From the NCBI GenBank assembly GCA_965207075.1, contig CBDBLO010000002.1:416001-480000 (forward strand): a stretch of DNA of 64,000 nt, given 5' to 3'. The notes under the pieces are model-generated. The model saw only the letters and a list, made by a program, of their open reading frames with translations, did not search any database and was not told where the DNA came from. Source of the stretch: Nitrosopumilus sp. (GTDB lineage: Archaea > Thermoproteota > Nitrososphaeria > Nitrososphaerales > Nitrosopumilaceae). Shown here piece by piece: positions 1 through 9,679 of this stretch. Positions within the stretch are counted from its first letter, which is position 1; each line of letters opens with the position of its first letter. Made by a program: the position numbers and the translations under genes.

Positions 1-21
1 CTCTATCACCGGGCGCGCCCG

Positions 22-1092
22 TCACGCCGCTGGCGCGGCGGCGTCCCCGTTCCCCTTTTTGAGCGCCTTTTCTATGTTCATGTTCAGCACGATCTCCGAT
101 ATGTCGCTGGCGTACTCTGCTATCCTCCTGATGTTCTCTGCCATCCTCCTTATGCGGTACACCTCCTCGTCGTCCTTGTGGTCCCTTACGGAGTCAAGCA
201 GGTCCCTCTCGTACGTCGAGATCTCGCCGCACCTATTTATGGTGCCCTCCGCCTGGACGTGGTCCTCCTTGAAGAGGGCCAAGCACGCGTCATCAAGCAC
301 CGAGAGGCAGAACTGGCTCATCCTCTCGAGCCTGTCCAGGTACTCCGGCCCTATGCTCTTCTGGAACTCCAGGACGTCCTTTGCCACGAGCGTGGCGTGA
401 TCCCCCGTCCTCTCGATGTTCTTCACCACCAGCCTGTACCCGAGGCAGTTCCTGGCGTTCCGAAACCCGATCTCCTGCAGTATGTGCTCGTTCTGTATCG
501 CTATCTTCAGCTGGCGTATTATGTAAAAGCCGAACCTGTCGACCTCGTCGTCCGTGCTGATCACCTCTTTTGCGAGCTCCGCGTTGTTCTCGCGCACGGC
601 CAGTATGGCGTCGCTGCACATGGACTTTGCCAGGTGTATCATGCGCTTGAACGCCCCGTCGACTGACAGCTCGAGGAGGTTCACCAGCACCTGGACCGTG
701 ATGCCGCTGCTCGAGTCGGAGGTTATCTCCGAGCCCATGAGCATCCTCTTCACTGACTCCTTTACGGTGCTCCTCTGGCCCGGGCTGAGCCTGTCCCCCC
801 TCGGCTTTACCGTGATGGACCTGAACCCCAGAAAGTAGAGCGAGATGAGCTTGCGCACTATACTTGACGGCTCGTCCCTGCCGTCTATCTCCAGTATGGC
901 GTCCTCCTTCTTCGGCGTCCTCGGCTCGTACTTTGGGGGGTGCACCTCGAGGGCCGTCGCCCCCTTGCGCACTATCCTCACCTGGTCGCCCCTCTTGAGG
1001 CCCAGGTCGGTTATCCAGTCCTTTGGCAGGGTGACTATATACGACGACTTGCCGGTAAATTGAATCTTGCGCATCTCCTCATTCTCGCTCAT
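22..1092 (-). CDS. phoU: Phosphate uptake regulator, AbrB-like N-terminus plus PhoU domains
   Basis: RKIQFTGKSSYIVTLPKDW AbrB motif; DDEVDR and ERTGDH PhoU motifs; start moved to MSENEE ATG at 1092. Confidence 0.9.
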   Translation of the reverse strand: MSENEEMRKIQFTGKSSYIVTLPKDWITDLGLKRGDQVRIVRKGATALEVHPPKYEPRTPKKEDAILEIDGRDEPSSIVRKLISLYFLGFRSITVKPRGDRLSPGQRSTVKESVKRMLMGSEITSDSSSGITVQVLVNLLELSVDGAFKRMIHLAKSMCSDAILAVRENNAELAKEVISTDDEVDRFGFYIIRQLKIAIQNEHILQEIGFRNARNCLGYRLVVKNIERTGDHATLVAKDVLEFQKSIGPEYLDRLERMSQFCLSVLDDACLALFKEDHVQAEGTINRCGEISTYERDLLDSVRDHKDDEEVYRIRRMAENIRRIAEYASDISEIVLNMNIEKALKKGNGDAAAPAA

Positions 1093-1201
1093 GTATATGA
1101 TGCGGGCCGGCCATTCTATATAGACATGCCGCCCCATATGGCCTGTATCGCATGCGCGGTGGCGCGCGTACGTCTAATAGTGGCGGCGTGATGCATGCCG
1201 C

Positions 1202-1672
1202 ATGCAGGAGGTCTCAAAGGTGCGCCATACCATCGACGCGCAGTTCGGGCGCGGGGCGCACAGGTCGGTTCCGGCGGGCGCCGTCATAGAGCGCTCAAGG
1301 CGGACCGGGCGCATAAGGGGGATACGCGACGGCAGTCAGAACCTGCTCTGCACCCTGAGGCCCGACGGCGGGCTGGCGATCACGACGCGCCTGGCCGAGG
1401 TGATGCTTGCCAGGCGCCCTGCCGCATTCGCGTCGTACTGCGTCGAGGTCTCGCCTGACGCCGCCCCGTTCGTGGAGGAGGGCCGGTCGGTCTTCTGCAG
1501 GCACGTGGTGCGCTGCGGCCGAAACGTCAGGGCCGCCTCCGACGTGCCCGTCACGTGCGGCGGCAGGGTGATCGCGGTGGGCAGGGCGCTGCTGTCGTGC
1601 GAGGTAATGTCGGATATGAGCAGGGGGGTCGCAGTCAAGGTCAGGGATGGTTTAAAAGGTCGCGGCGGGTAA
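1202..1672 (+). CDS. PUA-domain protein (similar to the archaeosine TGT C-terminal region)
   Basis: SRRTGRIR, LRPDGG, GRSVFCRHV and AVGRALLS motifs typical of stand-alone pre-PUA/PUA proteins. Confidence 0.8.
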   Translation: MQEVSKVRHTIDAQFGRGAHRSVPAGAVIERSRRTGRIRGIRDGSQNLLCTLRPDGGLAITTRLAEVMLARRPAAFASYCVEVSPDAAPFVEEGRSVFCRHVVRCGRNVRAASDVPVTCGGRVIAVGRALLSCEVMSDMSRGVAVKVRDGLKGRGG

Positions 1673-1679
1673 CCATGCC

Positions 1680-2027
1680 ATGATGCGTGGCGGAAACCGC
1701 GGCATGCGGCGCATGATCGACAAGATGGGCCTTGACGTGGAGGAGATAAAGAACGTCCGAGAGGTGGTGATCAAGACCGACAAGAAGGAGATTATCGTCG
1801 AAAAGCCGTCCGTCTCGGAGATGAAGAGCAAGGACGCCACCATATTCACCGTGACCGCCGACGGCGGCGGCTACTCGGAGCGCGAACTGGAGGTCCCGGT
1901 ATTCCCGGACGAGGACATCGACATGGTGTGCGAGGAGACCGGCGTCGACAGGGAGAGGGCGGCCGCCGCGCTGGCCGAGGCCGACGGCGACCTGGCGCGC
2001 GCCATACTGGCGCTCGGCGACAAGTAG
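1680..2027 (+). CDS. nac: Nascent polypeptide-associated complex protein
   Basis: MRRMIDKMGL...V.EV.I NAC domain; C-terminal UBA-like ADGDLARAIL. Confidence 0.92.
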   Translation: MMRGGNRGMRRMIDKMGLDVEEIKNVREVVIKTDKKEIIVEKPSVSEMKSKDATIFTVTADGGGYSERELEVPVFPDEDIDMVCEETGVDRERAAAALAEADGDLARAILALGDK

Positions 2028-2082
2028 AGCGGCGCCGGCCCCGAATTAAGATTTAAGTAATAGCCTGCGTGAGCCCAAGCGT

Positions 2083-2433
2083 ATGAGCAAGGGTTCTGCA
2101 AGCGTGGCGGCCGAGTCCAACGTCTCCGGCATCATAAAGTCGCTCAGCGCGCTCGAGGACGACCTCGACTCCCTGGGCGGCAAGGTGGGTGACATGAAAA
2201 AGCAGCTTGCGGCAAGGGCCCAGTCCCAGATCGAGTCCATGATGGAAAAGACGCGGGAGATGGCCTCAAAGGAGGCCGAGGTTATCATCAACGAGTCAAA
2301 GGCGGCAGCGGAGGCCGAGTCCAAAAGCATAACGGAGCGCGGCGAGGCCAGGCTTGCCGAGATAAAATCCGCCGTCGACGACAACTTTGAGGGCGCGGTG
2401 AAGGACGTGGTATCGACCATTTTGAAGCCATGA
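2083..2433 (+). CDS. Coiled-coil protein, A/V-type ATPase subunit H/G-like
   Basis: Helical Ala/Glu/Lys-rich 116-aa protein ending AVKDVVSTIL. Confidence 0.55.
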   Translation: MSKGSASVAAESNVSGIIKSLSALEDDLDSLGGKVGDMKKQLAARAQSQIESMMEKTREMASKEAEVIINESKAAAEAESKSITERGEARLAEIKSAVDDNFEGAVKDVVSTILKP

Positions 2434-2436
2434 CCG

Positions 2437-3267
2437 GTGCGCCATGATCATACACGTCACAACAACCAGTACCGTCGCATATCTCTTCACCGCAGGGCCG
2501 CCGGGGCCTCCGGTGTGTGCCGCCTGCTGCCGCCGCCGTTGCTACTGCTACTGCTCAGGACGCGGTGGCGCGCCGTGACGTTCCACCCGCTGCAGGATCC
2601 ACCATTTCCAAGCGGCCTGCGCGTGGCGGTGGCGACTGCCCGCGGCAGGCCGTACTATTACTTTTCGTCGCTGCTCAGGGGGCTGGGCGTCCGGTTCGAC
2701 TCGATACTGCCGGATCACATGGGCGCGTACGGGGGCCACCTCGTGATGACCACGGTGCCGGAGCATCCGGGGCCCCGCGCGTTTCAGGGCCCCTCCCTGT
2801 TCTTTGAGGACGTCTCGGGGCACCCGCCCGCCGTGGTGTGCGGCCTGATGGTACGGGAGTCCGGCATGCATCCGGGGCCCGAGGAGCTCGTAGTGGGGAT
2901 AGACCCGGGGCAGCGTAGCGGGCTTGCAATATCGTACTGCGGGCGGGAGATAGGGTCGTCGATACACTCCTCCGTGGACGGCCTGGTCTCGATGGTCATA
3001 CGCGTGCTGGGGGGCCTGCCTGCAAGGCGCAGGCTCGTCAAGATAGGGGACGGCGACGTCGAGACGGCCTGCGAGATTGCCCGCATGCTGAACCTGCGCT
3101 TCTGCTCCTCCTTTGAGTTCGAGCTCGTCGACGAGAGCCGGACGAGCCCAAAGCTCAAGAACTTTAACCGCCGCGGCAGGCGCGACATCCTGTCCGCGCG
3201 CTACATATCCCGCCGCGACGGCAGGAGGAGGCACCGCGACGTCATGCCGCTCTCGTTGACCGGCTGA
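2437..3267 (+). CDS. Conserved hypothetical protein with C-terminal RNase H-like (YqgF-like) domain; true start probably downstream (~2575)
   Basis: VVGIDPG...GLA, VKIGDG, LVDESRTS, RDILSA motifs. Confidence 0.65.
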   Translation: MRHDHTRHNNQYRRISLHRRAAGASGVCRLLPPPLLLLLLRTRWRAVTFHPLQDPPFPSGLRVAVATARGRPYYYFSSLLRGLGVRFDSILPDHMGAYGGHLVMTTVPEHPGPRAFQGPSLFFEDVSGHPPAVVCGLMVRESGMHPGPEELVVGIDPGQRSGLAISYCGREIGSSIHSSVDGLVSMVIRVLGGLPARRRLVKIGDGDVETACEIARMLNLRFCSSFEFELVDESRTSPKLKNFNRRGRRDILSARYISRRDGRRRHRDVMPLSLTG

Positions 3268-3441
3268 CGACGCGCTGCCGCCTGCGGCCGTGATAACTGC
3301 ATATTTTCTTAAGAATTCCCGCTGTTTTTGTTGTATTTTCCAAATTTTCATACCATATCGGCAAGTTTTATATTTTTGGACTGTTTTTTTGAAAGTTTTC
3401 TGGCTTTAGGCTTAAATACCTTTCGTGTTTATCAATCACAC

Positions 3442-3894
3442 ATGACGTGCAAGGGAATCTGTACTCGATACAAGGCCCAAAAGCCGGTCGGGACGGGCAG
3501 GTACGCCTCGGGACAGCGTCGGTGCCAGATATGCGAGATATTCATAAAATGGGAGGGGCTGTGGTGCCCGTGCTGCGGGTACAGGCTCCGCACAAAGCCG
3601 CGCAACCTCAAGTACAAGGCCAAGCTGCGCGCCAGGGTGGAGGCGAGCGCGGCAGAGGCGCGGGCAAGCTTGGCCGCCGCCGCCTCAAAGGCAAAAAAAG
3701 CCAAGTCCAAGGCCGCCAAGGTGTTAAAACCCGCTAGGGCCAAAAAGGCCGCCGCCTCCAAGTCCGGCGCCGCAGAGGGCAAGGCGACAAAGGGGGAGAA
3801 GAAGCCGTGCACGTACTGCGATAGACTGTTTGTATATCCCAAGCGCCACGCGAAGAACTGCAAGAATAACCCCGCCGCGTCCGGCAGCACGTAG
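3442..3894 (+). CDS. Zn-finger protein with Lys/Ala-rich linker and C-terminal C2HC motif
   Basis: CKGIC, RCQIC, CPCC motifs; KAKKAKSK-rich tail; CTYC...H...C; AT-rich upstream region. Confidence 0.8.
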   Translation: MTCKGICTRYKAQKPVGTGRYASGQRRCQICEIFIKWEGLWCPCCGYRLRTKPRNLKYKAKLRARVEASAAEARASLAAAASKAKKAKSKAAKVLKPARAKKAAASKSGAAEGKATKGEKKPCTYCDRLFVYPKRHAKNCKNNPAASGST

Positions 3895-3930
3895 GGGCGC
3901 ATTGATATTGACGGCGTCGCCCACCCCACG

Positions 3931-4368
3931 GTGAAGGGAATGCCCGCAACAACGGATGCAGAGGAAGGGACGGCAGGCCCCGCGCCGGGCGTGCCCGGGG
4001 GCAGGGACGTCATGTCCGAGAGCACGGTAAGCCCGCAGGGCCGTTCCTTTGTCGTGCAGGTGCACAGGTTTGAGAACGGGGTGTTTGCGGCGATATCCGA
4101 GAACAGCCGCCGGCTCGGCTCGCTTGCGGTGTCGCTCGTATCGCGGGCGGGGGCCGCCCCGGTTACTACGACGATAATCCCGCCGCGCGATCCCACGTGC
4201 GCGTTTCTCATGAGGATGGCGGCCGAGCAGATCAGCTCGCGGACGCGCGGGATCGCGGCCGTCTCCGTGTACGCCGACGGCGAGCTCGGCGCGCCGACGT
4301 CAAAGGAGCTGCTCGAGGTCCTGGTGGGGATGATAACCCTTGGGGGGGAGAAGGATGGTTCTGCCTGA
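3931..4368 (+). CDS. Conserved hypothetical protein (proteasome assembly chaperone-like)
   Basis: F.VQV.RFENG.F..ISE...LGSL.VS pattern; overlaps the start of the UbiD gene. Confidence 0.55.
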   Translation: MKGMPATTDAEEGTAGPAPGVPGGRDVMSESTVSPQGRSFVVQVHRFENGVFAAISENSRRLGSLAVSLVSRAGAAPVTTTIIPPRDPTCAFLMRMAAEQISSRTRGIAAVSVYADGELGAPTSKELLEVLVGMITLGGEKDGSA

Positions 4369-5734
4369 CCTGCGCGGATACCTCTCGGCAATCGAGAGGG
4401 CGGGCCAGCTGAAGCGCGTCGCAAAGCCGGCCTCTACAAGGTTCGAGATTGCGGGTGTGACGGCGCGGGCAGACGGGGGGCCCGCCATACTGTTTGAGCA
4501 TGTCAGGGGCAGCGGCAGCGCCGGCTTCCGGCTCGTCTCGAACCTGGTGGGAACGCGCCAGAGGTTTGCCGCCGCCGTGGGGGCCAGGACGGAGCGGGCC
4601 ATCCATGACAAGGTCATATCGGCGATATCAAAAGCGAGGAGGCCCAGAACATCCCGGCGCGCGGGGCTGTACGAGGAGAACCATACACGCGACCTGTCCG
4701 TGCTGCCCATAGTGACGCACTTTGAGAAGGAGCCGGGGCCGTTCGTAACGTCCTCCGTGATATACGCCGAGAACCCGGAGACTGGGGCGCAGAACTCTTC
4801 TTTCCACAGGCTCATGCCCGTTGCGGGGGGAGACAGCGGTGGCGGCGGCAAGACCACGAGGTGCACCGTCCGCATGGTGGAGGGGCGGCACCTGCACCGG
4901 TGCTTTGAGGCCGCCAAGACGCTGGGACAGGACCTCAGGGTGGCCATTACGATAGGCGTGCACCCGGCCATATCGATCGCGTCCGCATACCAGGCGGAGT
5001 GGGGCCGGGACGAGATGCACATCGCAAACTCTATTCTGGGCGGAAAGTTGGAGCTTGCCAAGCTGGGATGGTCCGGGATGTACGTGCCGTCCGGCGCCGA
5101 GATCGTACTGGAGGGCCGCATACTGCACGACGTGACGCATAGGGAGTGGATGGTCGAGATGCTGCAGACCTACGACCACAAGAGGCGGCAGCCCGTATTT
5201 GAGCTGGAGCGGTTACACTACAGGAACGACCCCATATTCCACGACATACTCTCCGGGTATGCGGAGCACCGCCTCCTGATGGGCATGCCCATCGAGTCCA
5301 AGCTCAACGGCGAGCTCGGGGCGGCGTTTCCGCAGGTCAGGCGCGTCTCGGTGACCAACGGAGGCTGCAACTGGCTGCATGCCGCGGTCCAGATATCAAA
5401 GAGGCGCTCAGACGACCCCAGGCGCATAATAAAGAGGGCGTTTGCATCCCACCGCTCGCTCAAGCAGGTCACCGTGGTGGATGAGGACATCGACCCGGAC
5501 AGCGCCGAGTCGGTAGAGTACGCGATGGCGACCAGGTTCCAGGCCGACAGGGACCTCGTCATAGTCAGGAACGTGAGGGGCTCGAGCCTGGATCCGTCAA
5601 GCGACCAGAAGAACCTGAAGACGGCCAAGATGGGGGTGGACGCCACCATACCCCGATCAAAGCGCCCCGAGGGGTTCGAGATTGCGAAAATCCCGGGCAT
5701 CGAGAAAATCAGGCTCGAGAGGTACCTCGGGTGA
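4355..5734 (+). CDS. ubiD: UbiD family (de)carboxylase
   Basis: DLRGYL, LPIVTH...GPF, AEIVLEG, VVDEDID, SSLDPS, KMGVDAT motifs. Confidence 0.92.
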   Translation: MVLPDLRGYLSAIERAGQLKRVAKPASTRFEIAGVTARADGGPAILFEHVRGSGSAGFRLVSNLVGTRQRFAAAVGARTERAIHDKVISAISKARRPRTSRRAGLYEENHTRDLSVLPIVTHFEKEPGPFVTSSVIYAENPETGAQNSSFHRLMPVAGGDSGGGGKTTRCTVRMVEGRHLHRCFEAAKTLGQDLRVAITIGVHPAISIASAYQAEWGRDEMHIANSILGGKLELAKLGWSGMYVPSGAEIVLEGRILHDVTHREWMVEMLQTYDHKRRQPVFELERLHYRNDPIFHDILSGYAEHRLLMGMPIESKLNGELGAAFPQVRRVSVTNGGCNWLHAAVQISKRRSDDPRRIIKRAFASHRSLKQVTVVDEDIDPDSAESVEYAMATRFQADRDLVIVRNVRGSSLDPSSDQKNLKTAKMGVDATIPRSKRPEGFEIAKIPGIEKIRLERYLG

Positions 5735-5765
5735 CACACCCGTTTCGTATCTGACGGCGCGGACG

Positions 5766-6515
5766 TCACGCGTATCCTCGTACGGAGCCGCCGTACTGCC
5801 CGTTGCGTTTCATGTAATACTTGGCAAACCATTTCAGGAAGTGCATCTCGTCGTACTGGAGGTTTCTCTTTTCAAGGACGCGGTAATACTGTACCTGTCG
5901 GTAAATCTTATGCCCAGCGGCGGATATCCATTTTTTTATCAGCATGTAGTTCATCAGCAGCCTTGACGTCCTGCCGTTGCCGTCGCCGAACGGACGTATG
6001 TTTGCAAACCTAAAGTGCGCGGCCCCTGCAAACTCCACCGGATCCATTGCCTTGCGGCTTCCACCTGAGTTCAACCACCTGAAAAAGTTCCTTGCAAAGG
6101 CCGGGACGAATCGATGGTGCGAAAACCGTGAGTTGCTTCCTGTTATGAACACCGCATGCCGGCGCAACGCGCCTGCGATCTCCAGTTTTGTCTTTTCAAA
6201 CATTGCCTTGCGCCATGACACCACCCGCCTCATGTCAAGGCGGGGAGGCGGCTTCCTTGCCATGTCTGTAAATATCTGATGGTGAATCTTGGCCTCTAGC
6301 ATGTCGGATTCGGGCTTTTGCGCCGGGGTGAGGTTGAACCCTGGGAGTTCATACGTCTCCTTTTTTGTCAGGGACGCGCCCTCGATTTTCTGCGTATCGT
6401 GCGTGAACCGGTATGAAAATTCTTCTAGTCGTCGATTCTCTGGAATTCCGGAACTGGCATATACCGTCCTGATGTCCTCCAGGACGGGCCTCCACTGCAA
6501 CCGCAGCATGTCCAA
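5766..6515 (-). pseudogene. Degenerate Fic-domain protein
   Basis: FTHDTQKIEG and RPFGDGNGRTSR (His of HPFxDGNGR replaced by Arg); compensating frameshift near 5935; N-terminus abuts an IS remnant. Confidence 0.7.
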
Positions 6516-6539
6516 TTCAAACTCTCGTTTTTGTCACAA

Positions 6540-6716
6540 TTCTTCACGTGATGAATCTCCTTGTCTGCATCCATGAACTGCTGTCTCCACGTCTGAAGCG
6601 TCGGGGGGTGAACATTGTACTTGCGGCACAGTTCTGCCATACTGATATTGGTCTTGATTGATTCCAGTACGATCTGCCTAGGCCTCGGAACAGGGGGTGA
6701 ACGACTTTTTGTATAA
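6540..6716 (-). mobile_element. IS remnant: transposase HTH fragment joined to an IS481-type terminal sequence
   Basis: ISMAELCRKYNVHPPTLQTWRQQF resembles the IS3 orfA at 31732; 6674-6713 nearly matches 47640-47682. Confidence 0.7.
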
Positions 6717-6734
6717 GAGTACGAACCACAGAAC

Positions 6735-8161
6735 AATTCTGTTTCCTAATTGCACCAGTAGGCACCCGCCTGGCCGGGTGTTTTTTGCATGTTAGTCAGG
6801 TATTTTTCGCCTTGGGTGTTAAGTGTGCATGACACGATGTCCCACCGCACACAAATGATGGGACAAAGATGCCAGGCACAAGGCATACTTGCAGGGCATG
6901 GCTTTAAGCATGGCGCGGCGGCGCGGTCCGTCCGCAGAGGAGGGGACTGTCCGTGAGCAGGGCCGGGCGCGGCGCGGCTGCAAAGACTGACAACGAAAAG
7001 TACGTCAGGCGCGGCGCGGATCTGGTCATTGAATATGATCCGGAGTGGGAGGATGACGTAAGGCGCGCAAACGAGGGCAAGGTGGGCGCCCCGTACCAGT
7101 ACGCGGACACGCTCATCATGCTGGCCGCCGGCATCAGGGTCGCGCAGGGGGTCCGGTACAGGCAGCTCCAGGGGATGGTCGGCAAGATGATAGGCAGGTC
7201 CAACGCGCCCGTGTTCAGCCAGCTGTGCAAGCGGATCAACGGGCTTGACGCGGACATCCGCCGGGGCCCGGACGGGATGGTGACGGTGTCGGACAGGGAG
7301 GGGCCGCGGGTGCTGGCGCTCGACGCGAGCGGGCTCAAGCAGCACAACAGGGGCGAATGGATGAGGGCCAAGTGGAAGGTGAGGCGGGGCTTTGTAAAGA
7401 TGCACGTGCTGGTCGACACGGAGACCATGAAGATACTCGCGCTGGAGGTCACCGACGACTCCGTGGGAGACCCGACCATGTTCGAGTCGCTGCTCGGACA
7501 GGTCGTGGACGCGGACGGCGCCAATGCGGAGGACGGCACGCGGCACGCGGAGCCGCCCGCCGCGCCCCGCTCCGACGGCGGCGGTCCGAGGTACGAAAAC
7601 CTGCTCGCGTCCGGCGTCTCCCCGCTCGCGTCGTTCTTCCCGGGCGCCCCCCGGGACCGGACCGCGCCCGACCTCCTGCTCGGCGATGCCGCGTACGGCT
7701 CAAGAAAAAACATATCCGCGTGCGCGCGGGCCGGGGTGACACCGGGCATTGCGCACACCGTCAACGTGACGGCGCGCGGCAAGGGATCCGGAGACGCGTG
7801 GGGCATGTCGGTAAGGGACCAGATGGGCGGAAGCCCCGACGCGACGCGCCTGGACCTGATGGGCAGGGAGCAGAAGAGGGAGAACCAGACGTACTGGAAG
7901 GCCCGCATAGGCTACGGCTTTCGCTGGCTCGTGGAGAGCGTGTTTTCGGCGTTCAAGCGCCTGTTCGGAGAGCACCTGTTGGCCCTCAAGTGGGAAAACA
8001 TCGTGCAGGAGGTAAAACTCAAGGTGATCCAGTACAACAAGTGGAGGGACGAGTCGATAGTGCGGGAGGCGGGAGGCGGGACGTCCTGATGGCATGACGC
8101 CCATGTCGCCGTCCGATAGGGACTCGGCAGGCATCCAGATGGCGAATTAGGAAACAAAGTT
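6735..8161 (+). mobile_element. IS5-family insertion sequence (~1.43 kb)
   Basis: TIRs AATTCTGTTTCCTAATT / AACTTTGTTTCCTAATT (15/17); flanking direct repeat CACAGAAC at 6727-6734 and 8162-8169. Confidence 0.88.
6953..8089 (+). CDS. IS5-family DDE transposase
   Basis: LALDASGLK...GEW, KMHVLVD, LGDAAY, Y..RWLVESVFSAFKRLFG. Confidence 0.92.
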   Translation: MSRAGRGAAAKTDNEKYVRRGADLVIEYDPEWEDDVRRANEGKVGAPYQYADTLIMLAAGIRVAQGVRYRQLQGMVGKMIGRSNAPVFSQLCKRINGLDADIRRGPDGMVTVSDREGPRVLALDASGLKQHNRGEWMRAKWKVRRGFVKMHVLVDTETMKILALEVTDDSVGDPTMFESLLGQVVDADGANAEDGTRHAEPPAAPRSDGGGPRYENLLASGVSPLASFFPGAPRDRTAPDLLLGDAAYGSRKNISACARAGVTPGIAHTVNVTARGKGSGDAWGMSVRDQMGGSPDATRLDLMGREQKRENQTYWKARIGYGFRWLVESVFSAFKRLFGEHLLALKWENIVQEVKLKVIQYNKWRDESIVREAGGGTS

Positions 8162-8205
8162 CACAGAACATAATAAATAAATAGGGTAAAGTTAATAATC
8201 GTAAT

Positions 8206-8460
8206 ATGACAAAGATGATTCAAGTAAATCTTGAAACTGAAGGTACTGACAAAGATGAAGCACAGGAATGGGTGCATGAAATTGTCAATGTCTACGCTGA
8301 TATGGAAGTATCTGACGTAAGCATATCCGGAAATACGGTCTCTTTCCAAGCTGGTCTTTCTGGGATGGACGATACAACTTCTGAAGACATAAGACAAAGG
8401 ATCGACGAGTATAATACCATGACCGAAACGCTGCAAATTAAGAACATGTCATGCAGCTAA
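8206..8460 (+). CDS. Small acidic hypothetical protein
   Basis: Clean 84-aa ORF with ferredoxin-like alternating pattern; AT-rich upstream region. Confidence 0.7.
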   Translation: MTKMIQVNLETEGTDKDEAQEWVHEIVNVYADMEVSDVSISGNTVSFQAGLSGMDDTTSEDIRQRIDEYNTMTETLQIKNMSCS

Positions 8461-8612
8461 ACCCCATTCTTATCTTTTTATGACATAATGCAATAACTAT
8501 GTCTTGAGTCGGGGTGGACGTCTTTCTCTTTTTGTAGAATTTTGCATAGTCATTTTAGATCTGCAATAAACTAACCATTGGAACATACGGCCTAGCTTTA
8601 TTTCAGTAATCT

Positions 8613-8789
8613 CTATTGCTTTTTTAGCTCTTCTGCTTCGGCTTTTCCCAATATGCGAAATACCGTCGAACCTGTTGCAGAACTCTTGCCCTTTAGCGCC
8701 CAACGTTTGTTTTTGAGCTGGACTACTTCTGGTTCAAGAATTTTGACTTTTTTTCTTGCCTTGACGTCGTATGCTTCGTATTCTTTCAT
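8613..8789 (-). CDS. Small basic protein, CC1/DUF5679-like putative chromatin protein (58 aa)
   Basis: YDVKARKK...KSSATGSTVFRILGK; Lys-rich; AT-rich promoter region upstream. Confidence 0.7.
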   Translation of the reverse strand: MKEYEAYDVKARKKVKILEPEVVQLKNKRWALKGKSSATGSTVFRILGKAEAEELKKQ

Positions 8790-8879
8790 GCCCTCGCTAA
8801 GATATTTCGGTATATTAAGATTTTGTTTAATATTATTAATCATTAGGAAAAACTACATCTATCTTAATAATATCATTGC

Positions 8880-9331
8880 CTAGAGTAACGCTCATTGAAA
8901 ATTTCGCCTCATGATGGACAATCGCAGAAAAGCTTACTGATCGACGGATCGCCGCACCTTCCATGAACGAAAGCAGCAAGAGGATCCAGGAGCCGACGGA
9001 GGCCATGCGTGCAGAGAAGGACGTCAGGATCCGCAACATGATGATGGCAGTCCTGGGTGTACTAGAGGACACTCTACAAGTACCGCCTCTGATTTTGCAG
9101 ACGTGGATCGGCGCGCGGCGCAGCTGTGGGCTGCCAGGTTCGGCGAGGGCAGCATCGGTGGCCTCTGAGACGCTCCCGGGAGGGGCAGAGTTTCGTGCGC
9201 AAGGTACGGGCGGATCAAGAGACTGACCGACAGACTTGCAGTCAAGAACGTACTAACCCCGAGAAAGCTGCGGAACTGGATACGCGACAGGATACATGTC
9301 AGGTACAGACTGTGCAGCGCGCAGGATCCTG
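8880..9331 (+). mobile_element. Truncated IS630-family copy (left end plus 5' transposase fragment)
   Basis: CTAGAGTAACGCTCATTGAAAATTTCGC end; similar to the reverse complement of ~28260-28714. Confidence 0.85.
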
Positions 9332-9679
9332 TATGTTGGCATGCACGGAACCGGACACTAAAGTTCGAGCTAAAAGCGACTCGCGAAAGGCAGTAGCGGA
9401 CCTAACGAGACTCGGTTTGGATTCGTCACGTGACCAGAGGAACTTGGGTACGACAATGTGGGTGTGGGCGTCACGAAGCCGTTGGTTCTACTACCAAATG
9501 GGTCAAACGTACAATTTTTGTCACAGGCCGACCAACGTAGATTCGACACAGCTGTTCATTCTTAATTACGTAAATCTATGGGACAAACAGAATCGCCATT
9601 GTAATGTTTATGAATATGATCTGTTGTACATAATAAATATCTAAGAAACAATTTTTAGATGCAATGTTACTTGTAGGCC

